A DNA stretch of 64,000 nt from a virus (taxonomy: Duplodnaviria > Heunggongvirae > Uroviricota > Caudoviricetes). The position numbers were made by a program, and so were the translations under genes. Each line of letters begins with the position of its first letter. The first letter of the stretch is position 1. This document shows positions 8,870-18,239 of this stretch, one piece after another. Where the stretch lies: IMG/VR virus record IMGVR_UViG_2029527006_000005; one strand, given 5' to 3'. Below the pieces are notes generated by a model. It was not told where the DNA came from, ran no database searches, and worked only from the letters and a program-made list of their open reading frames with translations.

Positions 8870-9541
8870 TTAGTAATCTTCCCCATATGGGAATTCGTAG
8901 TGAGAGATTAGTTTGTTCTGATAGCTAACAATGGAAATATACTCCCCATCTTCATCTTCAAAAAGACGGAATTCAATCTCGCCCCATTTTTGCTTCTTAG
9001 TGCGTTTAGCTTTTTTACCATAAGTGTCTTGGATGAACTTCTTGCAATCTGCTGTACTTTTAACATCGATTGCATCTGGTGCAGTAAGAGACTTACCTAG
9101 TAAAGTACTGAAGAAATCTTCAATTTCTTTTACACGAGCACGTACTGTTAATTCTGGGAAATGTTCATCGTGGTCAGTATAAATCAATTCACTGTAACTT
9201 TCCATACAACGCCAATCAACAAGACCCAAATCGGACAACTCTTTCCAGTGAATTTGAGTAATATACTCGATTAGTGATTGATCGTCAAGGTATCCTTCAT
9301 CAGTTTTTAAACCAAATGGGAACCCACTAAACTCTTCTGGATCACGGCGACCTAATACAATTGATGGTGCAGAAGGAATATTTTCTGAATCACTTTCATA
9401 TTCTTCTTTATCATCTGGATCATTGAGGTCATATTCATTCAACTCAATAATACCTTTAAGTACTTGATCGTGTACCCATTTTGAATCATATAGTGGTAGT
9501 ACATAACTATCTAGTTTAGATTTTAGTTCAGAAAATAACAT
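8870..9541 (-). CDS. Acidic hypothetical protein
   Basis: 223-aa ORF with AGGAG RBS. Confidence 0.75.
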   Translation of the reverse strand: MLFSELKSKLDSYVLPLYDSKWVHDQVLKGIIELNEYDLNDPDDKEEYESDSENIPSAPSIVLGRRDPEEFSGFPFGLKTDEGYLDDQSLIEYITQIHWKELSDLGLVDWRCMESYSELIYTDHDEHFPELTVRARVKEIEDFFSTLLGKSLTAPDAIDVKSTADCKKFIQDTYGKKAKRTKKQKWGEIEFRLFEDEDGEYISIVSYQNKLISHYEFPYGEDY

Positions 9542-9549
9542 ATAAACTC

Positions 9550-9768
9550 CTAGAGTATTAGTTTAAAGATTATTGTTGGTATTCCGATGTATGACAACAC
9601 ACCAACACCTATCATACCAGCAGAAAGAATAATTCGAACAATAAATGGAACATTTGGACCACCCATTGCAGATACAACCGCCATTGCTAATATGGCTAGA
9701 ACTGGAGTTATTAAAGCACACACAGCTATAGATAATATGGTACAAAGAACAACTAATGCTATTGTCAT
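9550..9768 (-). CDS. Small membrane protein, paralog of 9998..10225
   Basis: Start MTIAL with AGGAG; hydrophobic; shared AGxIG...YIxxPxxIFxLIL. Confidence 0.7.
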   Translation of the reverse strand: MTIALVVLCTILSIAVCALITPVLAILAMAVVSAMGGPNVPFIVRIILSAGMIGVGVLSYIGIPTIIFKLIL

Positions 9769-9776
9769 ATAAACTC

Positions 9777-9986
9777 CTATGGAATTAATGCAAAAAATGA
9801 AACAACATAAATGAAAATTACAAAACCCCAAACTGTGTATAGAACAGATTTGTACTCATCAAACCAACCACTCCAATCAATCTTTCCGTTTCTACTCCAT
9901 CCAATTGTTGTTGCCATAGTAATACAGTATGCCACTAGTCCTACAAACACAAAGATGATTGATAAAAACAAAACACTCCAAAACAT
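9777..9986 (-). CDS. Small membrane protein
   Basis: Two TM segments, AGGAG RBS. Confidence 0.7.
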   Translation of the reverse strand: MFWSVLFLSIIFVFVGLVAYCITMATTIGWSRNGKIDWSGWFDEYKSVLYTVWGFVIFIYVVSFFALIP

Positions 9987-9997
9987 ATTCTGTACTC

Positions 9998-10225
9998 CTA
10001 AAGTATTAAGAAAAATATAAGTACTGGAACTGCAATGTACGCAACTAGTAAAATACCAATATAACCTGCAACCATGAAGTATTTTTCTTTATTGGTAAGG
10101 CCGGGTGCACCACCTGCCATTATGAATGGCATTAGTGCCATTGACACGAACGGTGCACTTACTATACACCACACAATTGTTAATACTATACCTAAAATTA
10201 TTGATAAAATCATAATCCACCTCAC
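9998..10225 (-). CDS. Small membrane protein
   Basis: Hydrophobic ORF. Confidence 0.7.
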   Translation of the reverse strand: MRWIMILSIILGIVLTIVWCIVSAPFVSMALMPFIMAGGAPGLTNKEKYFMVAGYIGILLVAYIAVPVLIFFLIL

Positions 10226-10233
10226 TTAAAAAT

Positions 10234-10252
10234 GGGGAGGTCATGCCTCCCC
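10234..10252 (-). terminator. Terminator hairpin after NAMPT
   Basis: GGGGAGG-N5-CCTCCCC followed by ATTTT. Confidence 0.7.
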
Positions 10253-10262
10253 TAAAAACTAA

Positions 10263-11741
10263 TTACAAACCTTTGTTAGCACGTTCACGTACTTCATCAA
10301 AAGAACTTAGGTTCATAATTTTACCATCCACATACACATCAACCATCATATCTTCTAGTTGTTTGTTCACGTCCTGTAGCTCAATGCGTTCAGCAATGAT
10401 TTTACCAGTAACTTTACATTTGTATGTGGTTACGCGACCACGTAGGCTACGTTTACCAACATCAGTAATTGGGTCTTTGAATAGGTCTTCCCAAGTACCG
10501 TCTTCTAGTTGTTGTGCAGAACCTTTCATTGCAAAGCTATAAGTATCGCGACCTTTCGGTGGGTGTACTAGCTTACCACCCATACCAAACACAATGTTCT
10601 CTAGAGATAGGTTGTGTTTTTCTAGGTTAGCAACGATTGCACGGATAGAATCTTCTTCAATACCATCACCTTGAATCACTCCAATGTAAGATGGTAGTAC
10701 ACGCATACCTTTAGCATTTAGGGTAGTACCGAACTTGTCAGCTAGAATCTCTAGGATTTCAATTGGCATAGTTTCTGGATTACCACTATCTGGACGGGCA
10801 ACAATTTTTGCACCCGGACATTTCGCAGCGATTTCTTGAATCATTGCTTTTAGGCGTGTTCCGAGATATTCACGTACAAAGCGATATGCGTCATAAGTAT
10901 CGATTACAATAGATACGATTGGTGGAACACCAACAGAACCTTTAGCAATGTAATCATCACACATTTTCTCCCAAATACGCACCATTTTTAGTGCCATATT
11001 GAAGTCATCGCGTTTGTCTGCGTCAGAGTTGGAACAGGTTGCACTGTGCTCAGTAGCCATCACACTGCTTAGGTAATTCGTTTGTGTGTGATAGTAGTGT
11101 TTGATATAACGGTTTGCCAATAGGCAATCGGAGCCGTTGAATACCACTGCGTGAGCAATACCTGCTAGAATTGCTGATTCGTAGCTAGATGCACTACGAT
11201 CACCAAAGTTGTGTAGATGATAATCTACAAAGCGATGACCAGCATGACGTTCCATAGTATCTCCGAGGAACTCTTTGATACTACGGGCGTTTGAAGCAAC
11301 AGTAGTACTGAATTGGATAGCACGTTGAAGTTGTGTTTCAATGTAGCTAGCAATTACTTTTACTGCTGGATCAGTACTCATAGAACGTACAAGTGGCATA
11401 CCTACTGGTACTACAGTACCTTCAGGAATCGCACGGATGTGCAAAGGAATACGACCATCATGTTTATGAAGAATGTGTTCCCAGAATGCACGGTCGAAAT
11501 AATCCCCGCGAGATGCGGTTTCAGCTTCGGCTTCATCAATGTCATCCATCGTAATCTGAATATCGAGATATTCTTGTAGATAGACTTGTAGACCCATCAT
11601 TACTACGTGAGTAGTGTATGGTGTTGGCTTACGTGCAATGATGTTGGATTCAAGAGCAATTACGCCATCTTTCATCATCATGCCGTGTGCAGTTTTGTAT
11701 GAGTCTACGTTTAGGATAAAGTTAACTTTTAGATTTTTCAT
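10263..11741 (-). CDS. nadV: Nicotinamide phosphoribosyltransferase (NAMPT)
   Basis: DSYKxxH, LHNFGDR, ATEHS, SIVIDTYD, RPDSG, IQGDG, FGMGG, KDPITDxGKxS. Confidence 0.93.
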   Translation of the reverse strand: MKNLKVNFILNVDSYKTAHGMMMKDGVIALESNIIARKPTPYTTHVVMMGLQVYLQEYLDIQITMDDIDEAEAETASRGDYFDRAFWEHILHKHDGRIPLHIRAIPEGTVVPVGMPLVRSMSTDPAVKVIASYIETQLQRAIQFSTTVASNARSIKEFLGDTMERHAGHRFVDYHLHNFGDRSASSYESAILAGIAHAVVFNGSDCLLANRYIKHYYHTQTNYLSSVMATEHSATCSNSDADKRDDFNMALKMVRIWEKMCDDYIAKGSVGVPPIVSIVIDTYDAYRFVREYLGTRLKAMIQEIAAKCPGAKIVARPDSGNPETMPIEILEILADKFGTTLNAKGMRVLPSYIGVIQGDGIEEDSIRAIVANLEKHNLSLENIVFGMGGKLVHPPKGRDTYSFAMKGSAQQLEDGTWEDLFKDPITDVGKRSLRGRVTTYKCKVTGKIIAERIELQDVNKQLEDMMVDVYVDGKIMNLSSFDEVRERANKGL

Positions 11742-11786
11742 TTTTAATACCTCTTCGGAAGTTGTTAAGAAAAGCTACATCACTTT

Positions 11787-12329
11787 TCAGATTATTAGTG
11801 AGTAAGGAATTTTATAGTCCACATTAAGATCAGCAAACATATTAGGATTTGGTGGAAATAATGCGTCCATTTTAAACTTCTGATTACTCTTTGCTATCTC
11901 TTCTATTGTATATTCCCCTTTTGATAGCTCATTGTCTATCTCATAGTAAGGAACTTCACCAATAACAGAAATATAGGTTGAGAACAATTCAGTACTGACA
12001 AGTAGTTTACTAGAAGAACAGGCAGCATACCTGTAAGCCCAAAACCCTTTTTCACCATCTTTGTACTCAAAATTTTTATCAACTACGTCTGAACTGAATG
12101 GGTTGTTTGTACTGCACCAATACCGGACAACCATAGTTGCATGTTGCCATTCATTTGCATTACGGATATGCCTAGCAGCCGCAAATATCAACGAATTTAT
12201 TTCACACAGTCTAACATGTTCTGGCAAAATGTCAAGAAATTTACAATTCGTCGTGTCATATTTGCTATGCAAGTGACCTTGCATAGCCATGATATCAGAA
12301 TATACGTCTTGTGTTAGACAATATAACAT
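11787..12329 (-). CDS. Hypothetical protein inside the NAD-salvage operon
   Basis: Start overlaps the NMNAT stop. Confidence 0.7.
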   Translation of the reverse strand: MLYCLTQDVYSDIMAMQGHLHSKYDTTNCKFLDILPEHVRLCEINSLIFAAARHIRNANEWQHATMVVRYWCSTNNPFSSDVVDKNFEYKDGEKGFWAYRYAACSSSKLLVSTELFSTYISVIGEVPYYEIDNELSKGEYTIEEIAKSNQKFKMDALFPPNPNMFADLNVDYKIPYSLII

Positions 12330-13447
12330 TATAGAATTCCGAGGAAAGTATCAATAATGCTTAGATGATCTTCAAAGAACATCTCACGATTGTTTGCAAT
12401 CTCAGAAAGTGGAACCCAGAATGCTTTCTCTGCATCATCACTACCTTTTACTTTAGGTAGTTTTGCACCAGCTAGCTTGATATAAGCACACTTGGTGATG
12501 ATACGCCAGCGTAGGGAACGTTCGAAGTCACCGAACTCTTCAACTTTCTCAATAGAACCTTTTAGTTCTTTATAACGAACATCAATCTTAGTTTCTTCTT
12601 TTAGTTCACGCAATGCTGTATCGACCTGTGTTTGGTCTTCCCATGCGTCAAAGAATCCACCGGGTAACGCCCATAATCCTTTACCGGGATAGGTGCGACG
12701 TTTTACTAGTAGGACGTGACCAGCACATACTACTAACGCATCACCCGTTAGGAATGGAATGTTAGTGTACGGTAGTTGCTCATTCATCTGTTTACGATAA
12801 CGTACAACAAAGTCGTGTTCATTTACTAGATTGTTTAGTACTTCAGGTTTATTCACGACGAACTTCTCAAGGAATTCTTGAGTTTCGGCGGGAAGACCAG
12901 AAGGTACTTGTTTAGTACTGAAGAACTGATTACGCAATGCAGTGCTGCTGAATGCTGGTGTAGGATTAACTTTAGAATCCTGTTCACGATATTCTGCTGG
13001 TACTGCTGGGTTAACAGTTAGTACTTCTTCGATAAAATCTTGTTTCCAGTGCGGGAAGAAGTCGAGATAGAAAGTACTTGCATCACCTTCTTTACGACAA
13101 CCAGTAAGTACAATGTCAGTACTGTTGCTAACTGAAGCAACTTGATTTTGAACTTCTTTTAGCCACTTGGTATTGTTGTAAGTGTAATCGTGCACTGGAA
13201 GAATATTAATCTTCACAGAACGACCTTTTGACCACTCTTCGGATGCAATACGTTGTGCCATCGCTTCTAGTACTGTTTTGCGTTCGTCAAAGGTGAACGG
13301 GTTTTTTGGGTCACGAGCTAGTTCGGAAGAACCAACTAGTAGGACAACGCGATCAGCTTTTTCGATTGCATTTTTAAGTACTTCTTCATGACCACGATGT
13401 GTCATTTGGAAACGACCGATATAAACATAAACTTTTTCTTTACTCAT
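12329..13447 (-). CDS. Bifunctional NMN adenylyltransferase / ADP-ribose Nudix hydrolase (NadM-Nudix, NatV-like)
   Basis: GRFQxxHxGH, KNPFT, SSTxLR; Nudix box ALPGGF...ALRELKEET; SDDAEKAFW, FEDH. Confidence 0.93.
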   Translation of the reverse strand: MSKEKVYVYIGRFQMTHRGHEEVLKNAIEKADRVVLLVGSSELARDPKNPFTFDERKTVLEAMAQRIASEEWSKGRSVKINILPVHDYTYNNTKWLKEVQNQVASVSNSTDIVLTGCRKEGDASTFYLDFFPHWKQDFIEEVLTVNPAVPAEYREQDSKVNPTPAFSSTALRNQFFSTKQVPSGLPAETQEFLEKFVVNKPEVLNNLVNEHDFVVRYRKQMNEQLPYTNIPFLTGDALVVCAGHVLLVKRRTYPGKGLWALPGGFFDAWEDQTQVDTALRELKEETKIDVRYKELKGSIEKVEEFGDFERSLRWRIITKCAYIKLAGAKLPKVKGSDDAEKAFWVPLSEIANNREMFFEDHLSIIDTFLGIL

Positions 13448-13502
13448 TCTAAGTACTCCTTAGTTATTTTTTAACACCGCCTACATCAGCGGCTACATTC
13501 TT

Positions 13503-13531
13503 ATTATATCACATGATTTTTGGTTTGTCCC
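13503..13531 (-). promoter_or_regulatory. Phage promoter GGGACA-N17-TATAAT for the NAD operon
   Basis: Repeated promoter motif. Confidence 0.8.
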
Positions 13532-13568
13532 TAAGTTTTTATGGGCGTTTATCCGTGATATGTCGTCT

Positions 13569-13596
13569 ATTATACGGTTTTTCTTGGGTATGTCAA
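13569..13596 (-). promoter_or_regulatory. Consensus sigma70 promoter TTGACA-N16-TATAAT
   Basis: Both hexamers are perfect; tandem with the promoter at 13503. Confidence 0.75.
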
Positions 13597-13606
13597 CGTT
13601 TTTTTT

Positions 13607-13614
13607 GGTAAATA
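13607..13614 (+). promoter_or_regulatory. Putative late promoter GGTAAATA
   Basis: Resembles T4 late TATAAATA; repeated at 14878 and 18205 upstream of virion genes. Confidence 0.6.
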
Positions 13615-13652
13615 ATGTAAAGTACTTTTATAATTTTACAGGAGATATTCAA

Positions 13653-14828
13653 ATGAAGCCTATTGCTAAATTTGGAGAGTTACCATTTTACGTGGATGGT
13701 ATCTGTGTTTTTGCTGCAACAGACGGGCAAGCACAAGCTATTACTGATGAACTCTTTATCATTGGTGAGCGTTCTACACGCATTTTTGATCTAGTTAACC
13801 ATGATACTAGTGAAATTTATAAATTTAAGCAAATGGTTAGTAGGGGGAAGGACTTAGTTGAGTTGCCATTATCAGCAACTGCAACCGAAGTTCAGCAAGC
13901 ACTTGGTAAAAATCAATTTGCGGTTAAAGTATATGATATTGTTAGTGGTGATGTTCTAGGATATGCTTACAAGTTTTTTACCCACAAATTTGTACTATCT
14001 AATGGCCTAGAAGTTCCTGTTGTTGATTTCAACAAACAAACAACACAACCAGTTCCAATTGTTCCAGTTACTGGTGTTATTGTTACCCCAAAAACAATCT
14101 CAGCACTATTACCAAACAGTGTTTCTGGAACACTTATTGTTGATGTTCAACCTAGTGATGCAACCAATAAAAATGTAACATACTCTAGTTCTGATGAAAC
14201 TATTGCAACTGTTACAAGTTCTGGCTTTGTTACCGCCTTGAAAAACGGTAATGTAGACATTACGGTAACTACAGTAGATGGTGGTTTTACTGCTGTTTGT
14301 GAGATTGATGTTAAAACTGAAGTCCAGTCTATTTCTATTACAAACGCAAGTACGCCATTCCAACCGGGTCAAACCCAGCAATTGAATGCTACAATTTTAC
14401 CAGTTGGAGCAGAATATAATGCCAGTGTTGATTGGATTTCTTCAAATGATGCAGTTGCAACAGTTTCAAGTACTGGTTTAGTAACTTACGTTTCTAACGG
14501 GGATGCAACAATTACGGTATCCGCTAGTAATGGTGCTGAACCTAAAACCGCAACTTACACTGCTTTAACAAGAACAAGACTACAAGGGATTGAATTCAAT
14601 CACACAACATTCACAGGCGTAGTTGGTGGAACTGATCGTTTGATCACCATTTATACACCATCTACAGCAAGCAATCAGAATATCACATGGGCAACCAGTG
14701 ATTCAAGTGTTGCAACTGTTAGTTTTGGTGTAGTTTCATTCACTGGCATGGGAACCGTTGAAGTTACTGCAACCTCCCAAGAAGGCAATTTTGTCGCTAC
14801 ATGTGTTTATACAGTTGTTAGTGCATAA
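13653..14828 (+). CDS. Virion decoration protein with bacterial Ig-like (Big_2) domains
   Basis: Start MKPIAK after AGGAG; three repeats like PSDATNKNVTYSSSDETIATV...G.VT. Confidence 0.85.
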   Translation: MKPIAKFGELPFYVDGICVFAATDGQAQAITDELFIIGERSTRIFDLVNHDTSEIYKFKQMVSRGKDLVELPLSATATEVQQALGKNQFAVKVYDIVSGDVLGYAYKFFTHKFVLSNGLEVPVVDFNKQTTQPVPIVPVTGVIVTPKTISALLPNSVSGTLIVDVQPSDATNKNVTYSSSDETIATVTSSGFVTALKNGNVDITVTTVDGGFTAVCEIDVKTEVQSISITNASTPFQPGQTQQLNATILPVGAEYNASVDWISSNDAVATVSSTGLVTYVSNGDATITVSASNGAEPKTATYTALTRTRLQGIEFNHTTFTGVVGGTDRLITIYTPSTASNQNITWATSDSSVATVSFGVVSFTGMGTVEVTATSQEGNFVATCVYTVVSA

Positions 14829-14842
14829 TTCTTTTTATATCC

Positions 14843-14867
14843 AAAGCACTGCTATGCAGTGCTTTTT
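14843..14867 (+). terminator. Rho-independent terminator
   Basis: AAAGCACTGC-TAT-GCAGTGCTTTTT. Confidence 0.8.
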
Positions 14868-14877
14868 AATTTAGGTG

Positions 14878-14912
14878 GGTAAATACACTATATAACTTAA
14901 TAAGGAGTTAAT
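14878..14912 (+). promoter_or_regulatory. Late promoter plus RBS leader, near-identical to 18205-18239
   Basis: GGTAAATA-nn-n-CTATATAACTTAATAAGGAGTTAAT repeated. Confidence 0.7.
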
Positions 14913-16241
14913 ATGGGAAAACCAATAGCAAAAGCTGGTAATTCTCCATTTACAACTGGTGGATATTGTGTAACAGCCGCCAAGATAAATGGTGTAACAT
15001 ATACTAACCTAAACATATACCAACAACGTTCTGACATGGTTTTTGACCTAATTGATACGTCTGGTAACATTTATACATTCATTTCATTGGTGTATAACAA
15101 TTCAGAGTCACAAACTCTAAATCCATCATTAAGTACTGAAGTACTTGTCAATTCAATTTCTGACAATTGTTTCTTTATTAAAGCAACAAATAGTCTAACC
15201 ACAAACACATCATTTGTGATTAGTTTTCAAAGTAATAAATTAAAACTAGCGAATGGTGAAATGCTTTATCGCCCGTTTGATTTATTCTACTGTAATATCC
15301 CAACCCCTGAACCTTTTATTCTTCCTGATATGTCTAGAAGCTATTTTTCAGGTGGTGATGTGGTTGTACCCGCAACTGGTGAAGATTTCGGTACAGCAGA
15401 TTTATTCCTAGTAGGTACTGACGGAAAAAACATCACAAACTATGATGTTAGTAAAATAAAAATGTCATTAGTGAATGATGACGGAACTTCATCATTATCT
15501 GAAGTTATTTCAAATGGAAATGGGGTTTATTATGCCAAAGTGTATTCTACGGTAATCCAACCTGTATATTTTGTTTGTTCAGTTAATGGTGAAACACCAA
15601 ATATGACACGAAATTTTGTTCAATTTATATCACCACAACGTGCAACCGTAAGGACGAATAGTGCTGTTAATTATGGTACTGCTAGCACCGTGGTTGTTAA
15701 TACTGAATTTATAATAAATGATCCAGCCAACCAATCAGTATGGGATAATTCAGCTACGTGGACGTCACCAACTCCGGGCGTAACAATATTAGGAAATACA
15801 TATGGATCAACTTGTTATTTGATAGCTAACACCACCGATGATGTGGTACTACACTATCAATCAAATTGGCAGAAATCTTTGAATGCAACTGGTACAGTTA
15901 AGGTTGAACCCAATTTCATTTTAACATCACCTGATGGTACAGTGGATACATTTAAAATTATACCTGACTCAACTTTCGATGTTAAGTTTTCATATAACCC
16001 AGTTGACCTCAGTACTTCTGAGCCGGGTAATATTGTAATTTTGACAACAGCTTTAAATGGTGTAATAGATTCAGTTGAATATCTCGGATCTATGACTTAT
16101 AGATTTAAATCCAAAAGTGCTGATGAATTTGATTCATTTTCAAACTCTGGTATTGGTGATTTGACTCTTTCCAACTTCACATCACGTGCAAAAATTAAAT
16201 TTAATATATCAGATAAATCTGGTAACTTCGAGGACAATTAA
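14913..16241 (+). CDS. Virion protein with MGKPIA N-terminal domain and invasin/Ig-like region
   Basis: N-terminus shared with neighbouring genes; beta-rich, GNGVYYAKV motif. Confidence 0.75.
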   Translation: MGKPIAKAGNSPFTTGGYCVTAAKINGVTYTNLNIYQQRSDMVFDLIDTSGNIYTFISLVYNNSESQTLNPSLSTEVLVNSISDNCFFIKATNSLTTNTSFVISFQSNKLKLANGEMLYRPFDLFYCNIPTPEPFILPDMSRSYFSGGDVVVPATGEDFGTADLFLVGTDGKNITNYDVSKIKMSLVNDDGTSSLSEVISNGNGVYYAKVYSTVIQPVYFVCSVNGETPNMTRNFVQFISPQRATVRTNSAVNYGTASTVVVNTEFIINDPANQSVWDNSATWTSPTPGVTILGNTYGSTCYLIANTTDDVVLHYQSNWQKSLNATGTVKVEPNFILTSPDGTVDTFKIIPDSTFDVKFSYNPVDLSTSEPGNIVILTTALNGVIDSVEYLGSMTYRFKSKSADEFDSFSNSGIGDLTLSNFTSRAKIKFNISDKSGNFEDN

Positions 16242-16242
16242 T

Positions 16243-18162
16243 ATGGGAAAACCAATAGCAGGCCAAGACCAATTCCCTTACAATACTAATGGGTTTTTAG
16301 TAGATGCGGCAAAAATTAATGGTGTAACATTTTCTAAATCACTGTACATATACAAACAACGTTCTGATACATACTATGATTTACAGGATACATCAGGTAC
16401 AATTTATCAGTTTGTTAAAATCGTTGGAACTGACCAAGATAAAAAACCACTTCAGTACTTTGATACATCCGAAGACATAGCTTTGAAATTGGAAAACAAC
16501 ACATTTTGTATGAAAATACAAGATCCAACTAGAGGTATATTTTCGTTTGTTAGACTTTACCAATGGCATAAATGTATAACATTCGATGGTGATTATATTT
16601 TCAGGAAAGGTGGATTAGATCCAACATTAAGTGGTGTTTATATAAATCCAGTGGTTGCGACAATATCTAAAGGTTCCACTCAATCATTCGTAGCTACTTT
16701 TTTCCCTGATGAATACTTGAACACTGATGGTAATTGGTATTTGAACATAAATGGTTCGGAAAAGACAATAAACACTTTAATTAAACAAACTGATAAAAAT
16801 AAAATTGTGGTTGAGGGAATAGATGTTGGTAAATCAATTTTATCATTTATACCATCTGGAAACAATTCTAAAATTTCAAGTTCAATAATCAATGTTATTG
16901 ATGCAGATACGCCAGTTCAAAGTTTTTTTGGTAGAGGAACAACAGACTTGCCATTTTCAACCACGCGTGCGTTATATGGTGAGGAATTTGATATTGTTAT
17001 TGAAACCTATCCATATGATGCAGTGTTGACTGAAGCACTCGATTTTGATATTAACATGAACGATGGATTAAGTATTGATGAAATAACTTTAGTGAAAGTA
17101 TCGGATGATTTTAGAACCTATACCTTTAAATCAAAATATATATATGATATCGATCCAGTTGGGATTTCATACAATCCTAGAATTACTTTTAAAATGAAAA
17201 ATCCAATTGATTTTGAATTTATGGTTTATTCAATTTATATATATAATGAAATGCGAGAAATTTATGTCAAGGAAAACGAAGAACTTGGCGTTAGGTATGA
17301 AGTTCTTTCAAATTTAAGACCAAATTCGCAATACCAAGCAATAAAACAATACATGTATTATGGTATACAATATAACCCATATATCTCATCTGACCCATCA
17401 ATTGCAACATTGGATCATGAGACTGGTTTAATAACGACATACGATAAAACTGGCGAAGTTTCATTCTCAACCACATATGTTAGAGATAATGGGGAAGTTG
17501 TTAATTATGATAATATATTAAGCTTTTCTGTAATACCGGATGTTTATGATTATATAACAATCGATCCACCAAATATCACATCAGTTCCTATTAATTCAAC
17601 AACCCAGTTTAAAATATACGGCGTGATTGGGGATATTAAAACTGAATTGAAAATTAAAGAAGTCAGTGATTCCAATTACAAAATAACATCGGATGGTATA
17701 TTAACTACTTATAACAAGGCTGGTGCTTATGCAACCGTTCAAGTTGATGATTTGTTTGAATTGTCATCTAATGTAATGACACCATATCAAACATTTGGAG
17801 CTTTCCCATTAATCGTTGAAGATGATAAATCAAAATATCAAATTACCGATCTATCATCATCTTGGGTATACCAAAATAATACTGTGTTTGTCAATCTAGA
17901 TGGATATACCGCAGGGTTAATTCCAAATTTCACAATAAACCCATACCCAGAAGTATGTGTGGATTATGAATTGGAAATAATTTCATATGATGAATCTATA
18001 ATTGAAATTTTAGATAAAGAACGAATCTCGGAAAATCAATGTTTTATGGCTGGTCAAATGATTGTTTACTTCAATCCCGTATCACGTGGAAGTACTTTAG
18101 TTGTTGTTGGAAGTGTTTCTAATCCAGACATTAAAATTGAAGTTAAAGTTGTAGTTTACTAA
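16243..18162 (+). CDS. Virion protein with MGKPIA N-terminal domain and degenerate Ig-like repeats
   Basis: Start MGKPIAG at 16243; SSDPSIAT Big_2 motif. Confidence 0.8.
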   Translation: MGKPIAGQDQFPYNTNGFLVDAAKINGVTFSKSLYIYKQRSDTYYDLQDTSGTIYQFVKIVGTDQDKKPLQYFDTSEDIALKLENNTFCMKIQDPTRGIFSFVRLYQWHKCITFDGDYIFRKGGLDPTLSGVYINPVVATISKGSTQSFVATFFPDEYLNTDGNWYLNINGSEKTINTLIKQTDKNKIVVEGIDVGKSILSFIPSGNNSKISSSIINVIDADTPVQSFFGRGTTDLPFSTTRALYGEEFDIVIETYPYDAVLTEALDFDINMNDGLSIDEITLVKVSDDFRTYTFKSKYIYDIDPVGISYNPRITFKMKNPIDFEFMVYSIYIYNEMREIYVKENEELGVRYEVLSNLRPNSQYQAIKQYMYYGIQYNPYISSDPSIATLDHETGLITTYDKTGEVSFSTTYVRDNGEVVNYDNILSFSVIPDVYDYITIDPPNITSVPINSTTQFKIYGVIGDIKTELKIKEVSDSNYKITSDGILTTYNKAGAYATVQVDDLFELSSNVMTPYQTFGAFPLIVEDDKSKYQITDLSSSWVYQNNTVFVNLDGYTAGLIPNFTINPYPEVCVDYELEIISYDESIIEILDKERISENQCFMAGQMIVYFNPVSRGSTLVVVGSVSNPDIKIEVKVVVY

Positions 18163-18168
18163 CAATAA

Positions 18169-18195
18169 AAAAGGAACCCATTGGGTTCCTTTTTT
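18169..18195 (+). terminator. Rho-independent terminator
   Basis: AAAAGGAACCCA-T-TGGGTTCCTTTTTT. Confidence 0.8.
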
Positions 18196-18239
18196 CATTT
18201 ATGTGGTAAATAATCTATATAACTTAATAAGGAGTTAAT

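Noticed and set aside
13560-13652. Upstream starts of the Ig genes (13560, 16186)
   Set aside because: Paralog alignment and RBS place the starts at 13653 and 16243
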